From Carpediemonas membranifera BICM (lineage: Eukaryota; Protista; Fornicata), in assembly GCA_019828565.1 (NCBI GenBank), contig JAHDYR010000010.1:1-25733 (forward strand): a stretch of 25,733 bases of DNA. Reading direction: 5' to 3'. Below the pieces are notes generated by a model that saw nothing but the letters and a program-made list of their open reading frames with translations, made no database searches and was not told the origin of the DNA. Positions 9,744 through 20,100 of the stretch are shown here, one piece after another. The position numbers were made by a program, and so were the translations under genes. Numbering within the stretch: position 1 is the stretch's first letter; the number at the start of each line of letters is the position of its first letter.

Positions 9744-10856
9744 ATGAACTTCTATAGCAACTACTCTATTTCACCCCCAATGACCTCAAGCAGCATGGTT
9801 GTTTCTGGTTCCACCAGCGCTTTCCCATCTAGCATGTATGGATCCTTCGATTCAGTGATGAATGCCATCCCACAGCCCTCTGTTTCGCGCGGTCCTTTCA
9901 ATTTGTCTGCTGCTGTTCCTTCCATTGACGAAGATGACAGTAACTCAAACGGCAAGCCTCAGCCAAAGAATGGGAAGAAGCAAGGGTACTATTCCGCCGA
10001 AGTACTCGCAGATGGCTACCACTACCGCAAGTACGGCCAGAAGTTCAGCCGTTCGTCTCCCTACCCCACATGCTACTACAAATGCGCCCACCCCGGTTGC
10101 CCCGTCAAGCGCCACATCTCCCGCGACGCCGACGGCAAGCTTAACAACCACTACCGTGGCTCCCACACACACGTGCCTCCCCAGATCCGTAGGGTCGAGG
10201 TGACGAGTCAGGAGGAGTTCATCTCCGTCGTCACGGAGGAGTGCAAGTTCCTAGGCGACTGGGTTGAGTCGGAGGGGCCCACCGCGACTGAGAAGAAGAG
10301 CTCGTCCGAGAGGAAGCTAGTGGTGGTCGCTAAGGGCCCTGTGGACACAGCAGACGACTCGTTCCACTGGAAGAAGTACGGGTCAAAGATCGTCAAGTCT
10401 TCGACTGTCCAGAAGTCATACTACCGCTGCGCCCACCCCGCATGCCCTGCCAAGCGTCTCATCCAGAAGCCGACGGACACCAAGGGCGACGTCGAAACCA
10501 CGGTCGTCTACCAGGGCGCCCACAACCACCCCATCGCCCCCCGCGAGCCCAAGGTCGAGGTGGTACAGTCCGGCCCTGTCATCCCCGAGGACGTCATCGC
10601 CAACGCCAGTCCGCTGCTCGCCGCCACGGTGCCCGAGACTTCCCTAGGCCCCATGGGCGTCCTGACCAACGGGCAGCGCGTCCTCGTCGTGCCCACGCCC
10701 GACCAGAGCATGAGCAGCGCCCTGCTGTACTCCACCGGGCTGGGGTCGATCTGGGACAACGCTGTGCCCCAGGACCTGCACGGTGGGGCGGGCATGGAGC
10801 TGAGTAACCTGCCCAGCATCCCTCCGATCTCGGCCATCAACACGTTCGGGGTATAG
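9744..10856 (+). CDS. Two-domain WRKY-family transcription factor, 370 aa
   Basis: Domain 1 is DGYHYRKYGQK...YYKC-x4-C-x21-HTH. Domain 2 is DSFHWKKYGSK...SYYRC-x4-C-x25-HNH. Ser-rich N-terminus; first in-frame ATG at 9744. Confidence 0.93.
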   Translation: MNFYSNYSISPPMTSSSMVVSGSTSAFPSSMYGSFDSVMNAIPQPSVSRGPFNLSAAVPSIDEDDSNSNGKPQPKNGKKQGYYSAEVLADGYHYRKYGQKFSRSSPYPTCYYKCAHPGCPVKRHISRDADGKLNNHYRGSHTHVPPQIRRVEVTSQEEFISVVTEECKFLGDWVESEGPTATEKKSSSERKLVVVAKGPVDTADDSFHWKKYGSKIVKSSTVQKSYYRCAHPACPAKRLIQKPTDTKGDVETTVVYQGAHNHPIAPREPKVEVVQSGPVIPEDVIANASPLLAATVPETSLGPMGVLTNGQRVLVVPTPDQSMSSALLYSTGLGSIWDNAVPQDLHGGAGMELSNLPSIPPISAINTFGV

Positions 10857-11091
10857 GGGACATAACACTCTCGCTGTTTATAAAGGCTCGCCCGCGTATA
10901 GCGCCGAATTCCCCCGGCCCGGCCGGTGGTTGTCAGACCTGCCATGAGACACCCCGGGATGAGTCTAAACCCGCCCATGCCGTGCAGGGCGAGCTCGGTC
11001 TAGTTCCGATGTGGTTCGTAAGGGCGCAAGATCCGGGGTATCCTGCACCAACAAGCAGTCACACCGCAGCAACTACAGCAATAGCGTTGAA

Positions 11092-11568
11092 ATGACCGGA
11101 AAACCAGCAATTACTGCAGCAGAAGCCATTCGCTTGTGGGAAAAGATTGATTTAACTCTCGAAGGCCCCATTGTTCACGGTTTCGGCCGTGGAAAGAGTC
11201 AATTGCAGTGCCCAACAGCCAATGTGGACCCCAACTGCGTCAGGGAAGAGGTTAAGGAGATCCTAGCCCAGCGTATGGGAGTATATGCCGGCTATGCGAC
11301 CTTCTCATGCAACAACGCTGCCGCGGACCATGGCGAGCGCTATCCCATGGTCATGAGCATCGGGACGAACCCGACGTACGAGAACTGCAACCTGACGATC
11401 GAGGCGCACCTGATGCATGAGTTTAAGGAGGACTTCTACGGCGCGACACTCAAGCTCGAGGTGACCCATCTGATTCGGACCAACACGAAGTTTGTGAGCT
11501 TCGAGGAGCTGAAGACAGCTATATTTGACGATATCAAGCTGTATGCACAGCGTCTGAAGAGGCAGTGA
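11092..11568 (+). CDS. RFK: Riboflavin kinase (monofunctional eukaryotic type), 158 aa
   Basis: Motifs GFGRG...PTAN, GVYAG, MVMSIGTNPTY and IEAHLMHEFKEDFYG. Confidence 0.95.
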   Translation: MTGKPAITAAEAIRLWEKIDLTLEGPIVHGFGRGKSQLQCPTANVDPNCVREEVKEILAQRMGVYAGYATFSCNNAAADHGERYPMVMSIGTNPTYENCNLTIEAHLMHEFKEDFYGATLKLEVTHLIRTNTKFVSFEELKTAIFDDIKLYAQRLKRQ

Positions 11569-11735
11569 GTCTGGTGTGAGCTTTGAGCTTTGATGATGAG
11601 CATGCCTGTATAAATGGCGGTGATGGTGGAGTGGGCCACAAGGGGGTGAACGTGTGGGGCTGTGTCAACTATCTGGCCCAGCTTTCACTGGCTCGACTCG
11701 GCTGAAGTCGCATTGAAGTGAATCCGGCAACCGTT

Positions 11736-12412
11736 ATGCCTCCGAAAGGCACAAGCAAAGAAGAGAAAGTCTTTAAGATAGGCCAGATAGTTCAAGAAAG
11801 CGTTTGTATTGATTTCACGCTGTTACGAAGAACGATGTTTGGAATATGAAGGAATTGGAGGCTACAATCCCAAAGAAGGTCGGAATCAGCGGAATGCAAC
11901 TGAAAGACTTCATCCAGGCGGCGTTAGACGAGGATGTGATCACAACAGAGAAGATTGGCGGCGGCCGTTACTACTTTAGGTTCCCAGGACTCGCCGTGGC
12001 GGAGACAGACAGCAAGCACGAGGCCATCATCGCCGAGGAGACAGAGCTTGGGGGACGATTGGCGGAAACCAAGGCGAAACTTGAGCAATTGCAGGCTGAA
12101 CGGGTCGTGAGTGACGATCGTTCAGCCAAGCTCGCAGAACTCCACGCTCTGCACACCAGAGAGAAGGAGATTAACGCTGAGTTGAAGAAATACGCAGCCC
12201 TTGACCCCGAGCTGCTCCACAAGAAGAGTGTGGGCCGCTCGGCCGCCCTGGACTCCGTCAACCGGTGGACGGACAACACGATGACCCTCGTCTCCGTCTG
12301 CAAGAACCAGTTCGGCATCGACGAGTCTGAGATCAAGAGGGCGATGGGCGTGACGCAGGACTTCGACTTTATTGAAGAGGGCGACCTGAAGAAGCTCGTC
12401 AAGGTGAAGTGA
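11736..12412 (+). CDS. MND1: Meiotic nuclear division protein 1; exons 11736-11801 and 11831-12412, 215 aa
   Basis: Motifs MPPKGTSKEEK, KELEATIPKKVGI, EKIGGGRYYFRFP, a coiled coil, and VNRWTDN...QFGID. Confidence 0.93.
11802..11830 (+). other. Spliceosomal intron (29 nt) in MND1
   Basis: GTTTGT...TTACGAAG, phase 0. Removal restores the Mnd1 N-terminal winged-helix start. Confidence 0.88.
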
Positions 12413-12526
12413 GCTATCGGACGTTGGCAGCGGGCGATTGGCTGGGTGATGGGCAAGTGAGGTCGGAGTCGGCAGTGCTTGCGGCAGCGGCTAAACTGCT
12501 TACATACACGAACCACCACTGACTAA

Positions 12527-13807
12527 ATGATGAGCTATAACCCGGATTCGCGGGATCCAGCGTCTGTTAGCTGCCATCTATGCGGGCAATCCTTCCTTGT
12601 TTCCTCCATCCGCGTTCACAGCCAGGCTTGCGCGCAAAACCGGCTCAAAGTGATCGACAGACTCGTGGAACTCGGCTATAGGACACGAAAACAAGACCAC
12701 AAGCTCCCAGATCCACCGATTGCCCCCGTTCCGAACAGCGCAGCCCACAATGTTGAGGACCTCTGTGCGGCCTTCTCGCGAGAGGCCATGGAGATCTACC
12801 ACAAGCACACGATGCCCTGCCCCCACTGTCGCCGCGGGTTTGAGCCCCGTGCGCTGCTCGACCATGCCCCGACGTGCCATGACCGGAACATCGACAAGGA
12901 CCCGCCCTATCGGTCCAACACCCGGCGGACATCACAGACGGCCACGCCTAAGCAGAGGCAGTACATGTGTAACATCTGCGGGAGCATGTTCGACCGTGCC
13001 AAGCTCATAGAACACAGACCGGGGTGCGAGGCTGAGTTCCGGACGAAATACCCCCACAGAGATGTCCCCCAGATGACGATAGAGGAGCCTGAACCCGAGC
13101 CGGTGCACATGCCAGTACAGGACTCATCGCCAAGACTCCCGCCGCCCCCAGCCACGCCGTCGTTCAACGCCCCGTCGTTCGAGGCTCCCCCGCCGTACGA
13201 GAGCCCCAAGCCGGACAGGCGGGAGCAGCAGCCGAGGGCTGAACCGACGGAGCAGGTTAAGGTCGAGGCTGATGGTCGTATCGCGTGCAAGTTCTGTGGC
13301 AGGAAGTTCGCAGCTGAGAGAATCAACAGGCACGAGGAGATCTGCAACAAGCTCGCCACCAAGGCCGCTTCCAGCCCCGCGGCCAAGAAGACGCCGATGA
13401 CCAAGTCGAAGAGCCCCGCCCCCACCAAGCCGCGGCAGCCTGGCCGTGCGACCACGGGGGACGGCAGGGTCGTGTGCCGGTACTGCGGCAGGGGGTTCAA
13501 CGGCGACAGGATCAGCGCGCACGAGGACATCTGCCAGAAAGTGGAGAACCGACCTGCAGGCCGCCCCAAGACGTCCGCCTCGCCGCACGTCCGGTCACCT
13601 GCCAAGTCCAAGCCGTTCGACCAGGACTCCCCACTGCCTAGCCGCCCACTCCCCGGGAGGAGCCCGCCTAGTGCTAGCCGTCGGACGGCTCCTGGTGCGG
13701 GCGGTGTGGACGGGCCGAGGGAGCTGTGGGCCTTCTGCCCGAGATGCGGGCTGCCCTTTGCTACTAGTAGATGCACGCGGTGTGGGACTGTCAGAAAGAC
13801 GTTCTGA
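12527..13807 (+). CDS. Multi C2HC zinc-finger protein (zf-C2HC_2; ZC2HC1/ZNF474-like) with C-terminal double zinc ribbon
   Basis: Five C-x2-C-x11-H-x3-C units (e.g. CKFCGRKFAAERINRHEEIC, CRYCGRGFNGDRISAHEDIC), Pro-rich linkers and terminal FCPRCG...CTRCG. Confidence 0.87.
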   Translation: MMSYNPDSRDPASVSCHLCGQSFLVSSIRVHSQACAQNRLKVIDRLVELGYRTRKQDHKLPDPPIAPVPNSAAHNVEDLCAAFSREAMEIYHKHTMPCPHCRRGFEPRALLDHAPTCHDRNIDKDPPYRSNTRRTSQTATPKQRQYMCNICGSMFDRAKLIEHRPGCEAEFRTKYPHRDVPQMTIEEPEPEPVHMPVQDSSPRLPPPPATPSFNAPSFEAPPPYESPKPDRREQQPRAEPTEQVKVEADGRIACKFCGRKFAAERINRHEEICNKLATKAASSPAAKKTPMTKSKSPAPTKPRQPGRATTGDGRVVCRYCGRGFNGDRISAHEDICQKVENRPAGRPKTSASPHVRSPAKSKPFDQDSPLPSRPLPGRSPPSASRRTAPGAGGVDGPRELWAFCPRCGLPFATSRCTRCGTVRKTF

Positions 13808-14403
13808 GGCGGTAAATGGCGCATACATTTTTTGCAAGACAAGCACAGCTTTGACAAACCTGTCAGGTCAGGTATGTAGACTGGCCCTGACACCAGCAGG
13901 GGGGGGGGGGTGACTGAATCGAACTGATGCATGACTGTGTGGCTGGGGTGAGTCTGCCCCTCGCTTTACTCGCCACTCGCCACTCGATCCGACCGGCCGC
14001 TGACCTCCTCGAGGGCTGAGACAAAACAATAGACTTCATCCAAACATAAGCACATGATGAGTCGGGACGGCCTAACAGTGGGGACGCCCCGGCGAGGGAA
14101 GCAAGAATGGCATGTCAAGGAAGCAGCTTTATGCGCCAGCGTTGCCCTCAGGTCGAGGAGTTGGGTGAATACTTTCACCAGCCTCAGCAGCTGATAAAGT
14201 AAACAGTAACAACAACAACGAGGGTGTCAACGATGCCAGGGGCCTGCCAGAAAGCCCCAGCCCACTGCCATCAAGCACCAGCGGAGACGCCGGAAGTCCA
14301 GTATTTCGAGTCCATGGACGCATGAGCGGGTAACAACAGCTCCGGGCCACTAATACTGCTGGCGCTGGCCCTCGGCCTGGGGTCGCCATAAAGCCTCTCG
14401 GAG

Positions 14404-16959
14404 TTGGACAAATATTTCGGCGAGCGAAACGTTGGAATGAACGTTGCGCCGCAGCTAGATGGTGTGGAACCACCAACATCAGATCTAGATGAGAATGTTG
14501 CGCCCGAGAACGTCGCGGAGAACGTCGAGGAAGAGCCCGAATCACCGAGCACAGCGAATATCGTTCAAACCCTTCGAGACAGGCTAGCATTGAACGAACG
14601 GCTTGAAGATAAGGTAATAGACGAGAAGCTTCCGCGCCTCCAGAAGTTTGTAGACCGCACAGTTGTCGCTGCGCGCGAACGGATGTTTGACGTCATCGAG
14701 GACAGAAAGGTGTGGGTCACCGACCCCTTCTTCGTCCGCGAGCCCGACGACAAGCTCAAGCCGCATTCTATGCTCCCTCTGTTCCGAATGCCGTTCGAGC
14801 ACGCCCTTTCAGAGCTGGCGTCCGACATTGGCGCCCAGTACGAGGTAGCCGCTCGGTCCATGGTGGAAGAAGCCGCTGAACTCGACCGAGCCCGCATCGA
14901 GGAGCTCAATAGGACCTGCATCGAGCTCATGAGCCGGCTGGAGGAGTCTACGGATCTCATCGGCCAGGCGAAGCGGGAGACGGCCTCCTTTACCGTCCGA
15001 ATGACGGACCAGCGCGAACGGTACCTGAAGGAGGTGCAGCTACTCCGGGAGCAACTCTTCCAGAAGGGCCGCCTTGGCCAGCACTACGAGCCGTTCAACG
15101 TCAACCTCCTCAACCCCAGCGCCGGCAAGGGCGTGTCCGAGGCGGAGATGCAGGCGGAGCTGGACTCCCAGAAGGAGAAGCTGATGAATCAAATGATGAG
15201 GATGGAGCAGGCATACCAGGAGCGGCTCGCCGAGAGAGAGCGGGCAGAGCAGATGCAGCGGGAGAGGGCGGAGGCCGCAGAGAGGAAGATCAAGCAGCTC
15301 GAGGACCTCGTAGTCGAGATGGAGCAGAAGCATAAGGCAGAGATCGAGCGCCTCGAGGCCGAGCACCAGGCTGAGATCGAAGCCCTCAACGCCAAGCACG
15401 AGGCCGAGATGCAGGCGCTCAGAGAAGAACATGAGAGGGAAAAGAAGCGTCTGCAGGGCGAGATCGATCGCCTAGAGGCCGAGGCAGAGCGGTACCGCGC
15501 ACAGATCGAGGAGCTCGAGACCCAGGTCGCCGGGCTGAAGGAGGAGCTCGAGCAGGCCCAGGCTAGGTACGAGGCCCTCGAGGAAGAATTCGAGCAGTTT
15601 AAGGAAGAGGCAGCAAACCGGGAACGGGAGCTTCAGGAGGAGATTGCGACACAGGGGGCTAAGATTGAGGAGCTGTCGGCCGAGGTGGAGGCCCTGCAGA
15701 CCGAGCTCGCCCTGAAGGAGCAGCAGATTGCCCAGCTCGAGGAGAAGGTCGAGCAGCTGGAGGAGGAGGCGGCGCAGAGCCGGGCTATCATTGCTCAGAA
15801 GGACGCGATCATCGCCGAGAAGGAGGCCGCGCTCAAGGAGGCCGAGGCTAAGAACAAGGACCTCTCCAAGCAGCTCGAGGACGCCGAGGCCAAGGCCCTC
15901 AAGCTCATGCAGGAAGCGGCCGAGCGGGATGCCCAGCTCCGCGAGGGCATGGCCGACGAGGGCTGGAACATGCTGCGGCACGGCACACGGGCCATGACGC
16001 TGAAGAAGGCGGCCAAGGACTACGGCGACGCCGGGGACGTGTTCGAGCGGTTGTGGCGCCGTGCGAAGGAGCTCGCCGACCGTGCCCGCGACCGTCGGGA
16101 GGCCCTTAGGGATGAGCGTACCAGGAACGTCGAGCGGGTGCTGCGGGCTGTGAGTCTGCTGAACAAGCACGGCAACGTGTACAACTCGGCCCCTGCTCCG
16201 GCCCGTGACATCTCGTTCAGCACGGTTGACATGACGCAGCACTGGCAGAGCCGGCAGCGGACGGCGGGGGCGGCCCACACGGCGTACCAGTTCGCCCCCA
16301 CTGACAGCGACGTCCGGGCCCCTGTCAGCACGTACAGCATGGCCGCCACACTCACACCGGGCCGCGTCGTCCAGATTGAGAGGGGGTCGTTCGACTCGGC
16401 GACTTCGTTCCCACGGTCCCCGAGCGGCAGCAGGCGAGGCCGGGACCTGGCCCTGCCGTTTACAGAGGGCGGCCGGACTCCAAACACCCCCGTCACCGTC
16501 CCGTCGGCCCCGGACGTCGAGGTGTCGTTCGATGCTGAGAGCAAGGTGGGGTCTGGCCGGAGGACGGCGGTCACCACCCGCACGAGGACTTACGTCGTGG
16601 CGGGCACGGAGGTGGTAAGTGACAGGAGCGTCAGGACGCCGGACCCCGTGCCCGGCCCGCCCGCCATGATCCGGACTCGCCCCAACACCAGCAGCGGCAG
16701 GGAGCGGCAGGTCGCCGGCTACACCGCCCCCGTCCGGACACAGGCCCCGCCCACGGTCTTCAGCCAGGACCCCACCGCGAGACGGCGGGCTATCGTCGAC
16801 GCGCTGATGGCCGACCGCGTTGGGATCCGCAGTCCGAGCATGAGGCCGCGGACCAGTAGCGGGACGCCGACAGCGGGCACGCCACCCGGGTCAGTCAAAG
16901 GGCGGAGGTGGGAAACGACGCGGGAGTACGCCAGCTTCAATTTCACCCCTGGGCGGTGA
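14404..16959 (+). CDS. Long coiled-coil protein of unknown function; start unresolved (ATG 14437 or upstream exons)
   Basis: 851-codon ORF with host-like codon usage, an E/K/Q/A-rich heptad region (about aa 245-515) and a Ser/Thr/Pro/Arg-rich disordered tail. Confidence 0.85.
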   Translation: MDKYFGERNVGMNVAPQLDGVEPPTSDLDENVAPENVAENVEEEPESPSTANIVQTLRDRLALNERLEDKVIDEKLPRLQKFVDRTVVAARERMFDVIEDRKVWVTDPFFVREPDDKLKPHSMLPLFRMPFEHALSELASDIGAQYEVAARSMVEEAAELDRARIEELNRTCIELMSRLEESTDLIGQAKRETASFTVRMTDQRERYLKEVQLLREQLFQKGRLGQHYEPFNVNLLNPSAGKGVSEAEMQAELDSQKEKLMNQMMRMEQAYQERLAERERAEQMQRERAEAAERKIKQLEDLVVEMEQKHKAEIERLEAEHQAEIEALNAKHEAEMQALREEHEREKKRLQGEIDRLEAEAERYRAQIEELETQVAGLKEELEQAQARYEALEEEFEQFKEEAANRERELQEEIATQGAKIEELSAEVEALQTELALKEQQIAQLEEKVEQLEEEAAQSRAIIAQKDAIIAEKEAALKEAEAKNKDLSKQLEDAEAKALKLMQEAAERDAQLREGMADEGWNMLRHGTRAMTLKKAAKDYGDAGDVFERLWRRAKELADRARDRREALRDERTRNVERVLRAVSLLNKHGNVYNSAPAPARDISFSTVDMTQHWQSRQRTAGAAHTAYQFAPTDSDVRAPVSTYSMAATLTPGRVVQIERGSFDSATSFPRSPSGSRRGRDLALPFTEGGRTPNTPVTVPSAPDVEVSFDAESKVGSGRRTAVTTRTRTYVVAGTEVVSDRSVRTPDPVPGPPAMIRTRPNTSSGRERQVAGYTAPVRTQAPPTVFSQDPTARRRAIVDALMADRVGIRSPSMRPRTSSGTPTAGTPPGSVKGRRWETTREYASFNFTPGR

Positions 16960-17053
16960 GGCATGTAATTTATGTGATAGTAACGTAAATGGAGTACTTT
17001 CGGGTCTAGGAATGTGGATGTGAGGCCAATTTATCAGAGAACGGCTAATGCAC

Positions 17054-17138
17054 GTGAGTAATGCAGCCAGTGTAGTACATATGCATAAGGCTGGTTCCTT
17101 CCTCACTTTCTGACTGCGTCTTTCTCGTGTTTTGCCAG
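17054..17138 (+). other. Probable 5'-UTR intron (85 nt) of BEACH gene
   Basis: GTGAGT donor, TCTGAC branch-like motif, pyrimidine tract and TGCCAG acceptor 18 nt before the ATG. Confidence 0.55.
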
Positions 17139-17156
17139 TTTTGGCAATGATCACCG

Positions 17157-20100
17157 ATGCCAGCTGTTGAATGGGACTCATTGTCGTATAAGGACCAGAA
17201 GCAGTATGTAACAGTTCTGGTTAGGAAACTAGAAACGCAGGTGGTCGACGACGCCACGCTCGCGGCGGTTAACGAGGTTCTTCGAGAGATTCGCCGCCTG
17301 TGCCTCCGTTCGGCCGCTGTGCAACGATTAATCTGGGATGTGAGCTGTTCCCAACACCTATACATGCTCATGGAGATGTCTATTCACGCGGAATACCACC
17401 TACAGGTCGTCACGGCCGTGTTTCAAACGCTCGAGGCTCTCCTTCATCTCAACACCCACAACATCCGCCTATTCTCCAGCGACGACTACTACATCGAGAA
17501 AATGACCCAAATAGTAACCGAGATCCTCCGTCAGACCAACGCCTCCATGTCGCCGCAGAAGGTGGACGAGTGCACCAACGCGCAGCTACAGGTCATCAAT
17601 GGTCTCTTCGGGCTCCTCGTAGGCGTGCCAGACTACCAGCTCGTCCATCCGGGCGAGGTTACGATCGTCATGAGCCGCGTTCTGACCGTGATCACGTCAG
17701 TATATCATTTACTCAAGCCCGATCACCAGCTTTACATAATAGACTCTTTCGTTTACATGTGCAGTAACAGCGAGTCCGATCTCCCCAACCTCGCCGCCTG
17801 TGGCCAGGAGGACCTCCTCAAGAAGGTGCTCGGTCTGCTGCCCCCCATCATCGCCGAGTGCGCCCCTGTTCTCAACTCGAGAACAACCCCGGCCACTGAG
17901 CCCGTCTACCTGGACCAGGCGTCTGTCACCAACGACCCAGCCCGCTACCGCCCGCACCTGAGCGGGGGCATTTACTCGAACATGCCACCCCCGAGTGTGT
18001 CGGACTACCCTTCCCTTCCCTCGACGTTCAGCAGCCGCATAGACACGCCCATCGGGTCCGAGACGTCGCCCCGCATGGGATCAGAGCTGCTCAAGGGCAT
18101 CCAGCACCAGAGGCCCTCGACGGACGGCGGCGGGCTGCCCCTACTAGCGCTGAGACGCATGTGCCACTTCATCACGATCCTGGCCTCACACTCCATCTCC
18201 ATCGGCAACCTCAAGAAGCTATACGCCCTGATGCAGAACCGGGACAACGACCTCTCCCGCCGCACCCGCACCCGGTCCCCCGCCTTCGGTCTGCTGCTGC
18301 GGACCCTGCAAGCCATCCAGGACACCCTCGGGCCCTCGTGCTACCTCTCCCTCGACGGCATCATGAGCGGATTGGTCGTCCCCGCCATCGCCGAGTGGGA
18401 CCACAGGGCGGCGGGCTACTCCATCGCTGCGTGGCTCAGGGTTGAGGACTTCACGGACAGGAAGGGCATGCCGAACTACAAGCCGCGGCTCTACTCCTTC
18501 CTGTCGGACCTGTTCGACGGGCACGAGGCGTACTTCGAGTCAAACCGACTCTGCGTCGTCACCATCCAGAGGGACAACAAGAAGAAGGCAAAGTACACCC
18601 GGCACGAATCAGCCTTCTCCTTCATCTTCGATGAGGACACGTGGTACCACGTCGCCATCTCCTTTGGCCCCAAGACCGCCACTCTCTTCCTCAACGGCGT
18701 CGAGCGGGAGACCATCGCCCACAAGTCCTGCCTCGTCTCGAAGAGGCCGTACACACGTTGCCGTATCGCCACGAACGCCGAGGGCGGGACAGACGGCGGC
18801 CACAAGCTCTACCGGCCCAACGCCCTCTACGGCCAGCTGGGACCGATGTACCTGTTCAGCGCGACGATAGCACAGGCGCAGGCGTCTGCCCTGCATGCCC
18901 TGGGGCCCGAGTACCACTACTCGCTTACCCCGCTGGACATCGCCTCGTACAGCGACGGCGGGCTGGATGATAAGATGGTGGCGGAACTGCACAAGCTCCA
19001 GAGTCGGATCTACCTAGCGTACACGGCCAAGTTCATCAGCCAGGACAGCTGCATCGACACGACGCCCAAGAGCAACGAGCGGGAGTACTCGTGGGACGCC
19101 TCGATGCTCCCCGGGTCGTACCAGGTCTTCACACACAGATTCACGGACACGTTCCAGGCGGCGGGCGGCATCGACTCCCTCACGCCGCTCTTCGACCAGT
19201 TCAACCTGCGGCCGTCTGTCACTACGGACACACTGACCCGGGTCGGGTCGAACCTCTCGACCCCGACGACCCCCGCCATCATGGACAACTCCGTCGATGA
19301 CCACGAGCTGTCGGATAAGGTCACCGAGCGCACTATCAGGGAGGCGACCATCGTTGACCCCGACATGCTCCTGGTCTTCCTCTCGCTGATCCGGTCAATA
19401 TTCAGACTCAAGTCCGTCCAGCTCGACCTCGCCTCCCACCCCGGCGTGGCCCGTATCATTTACGGACTCAAGCGGCTGTCCCCCCACTACCTTACGATAC
19501 CGGTCATTGACGCGCTCATCGGGTTCCTAGATGTATTTGACGAGTTCAAGCAGGAGAAGCTCAAGGTTGACTGGATCGAGATCGTGCTCTTCGACTTCTC
19601 CATGTGGATGTTCGCCGCCGTCCCCTCCATCCAGCACGTCCTCTCTGAGCTCACAGGTCTCGCTGGGACCGGGCCGCACGTCGACGCCACCCGCAGCGCC
19701 CTCCCGCCTGACCTGATCCTCGACACCCTCCGCCTCCACATGTTTTACGAGCCCGAGACCCTGCCCGACTGTCTCAAGGGTCAGGCGAACATCGTCGACC
19801 CCTTTACCACCCTCGCCCCGATGGTGGCCCGGCCCCTCAGGGCCAGGGACGGGTCCATCATCGCCGTCCGCCCCCAGGTCTCCCACATATTCGGGCTCAG
19901 GGCCCAGCTGTTCAACCTGCTCTCTGTCGTCCTCGACCGGGGCGACCGGGTCCTGGATGACCGCTCCCTCCACCTGCTGCTGTCGTACCAGGTCGGGTCG
20001 ACCGACTCGAACCAGAGACGGGACGTGGTACAGTTCGTGTACATGCTGCTGATGGCCCAGAGTCACGGCGGGACATGCATCACGCCTGAGGCCATATGCC

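Noticed and set aside
10903-11045. RNase MRP/P RNA or tRNA
   Set aside because: The resemblance to CR-I/CR-V and the B-box is loose; P4 consensus nucleotides and a cloverleaf are absent.
1-11681. Isolated 7-bp inverted repeats in spacers (1/61, 3489/3511, 8221/8264, 11633/11675)
   Set aside because: About one such pair is expected by chance per 150-nt spacer, and they have no nested stems.
13845-13960. Spliced-leader RNA gene (donor in a hairpin)
   Set aside because: There is no Sm-like site downstream of the donor, it is single copy, a cis acceptor lies 25-28 nt away, and the genes lack uniform trans-splice acceptors.
11591-14194. C/D snoRNAs from ATGATGA boxes at about 11593, 12527 and 14054
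   Set aside because: There are no terminal stems or recognisable rRNA guides. One box is simply a Met-Met start and another lies in a 3' UTR.
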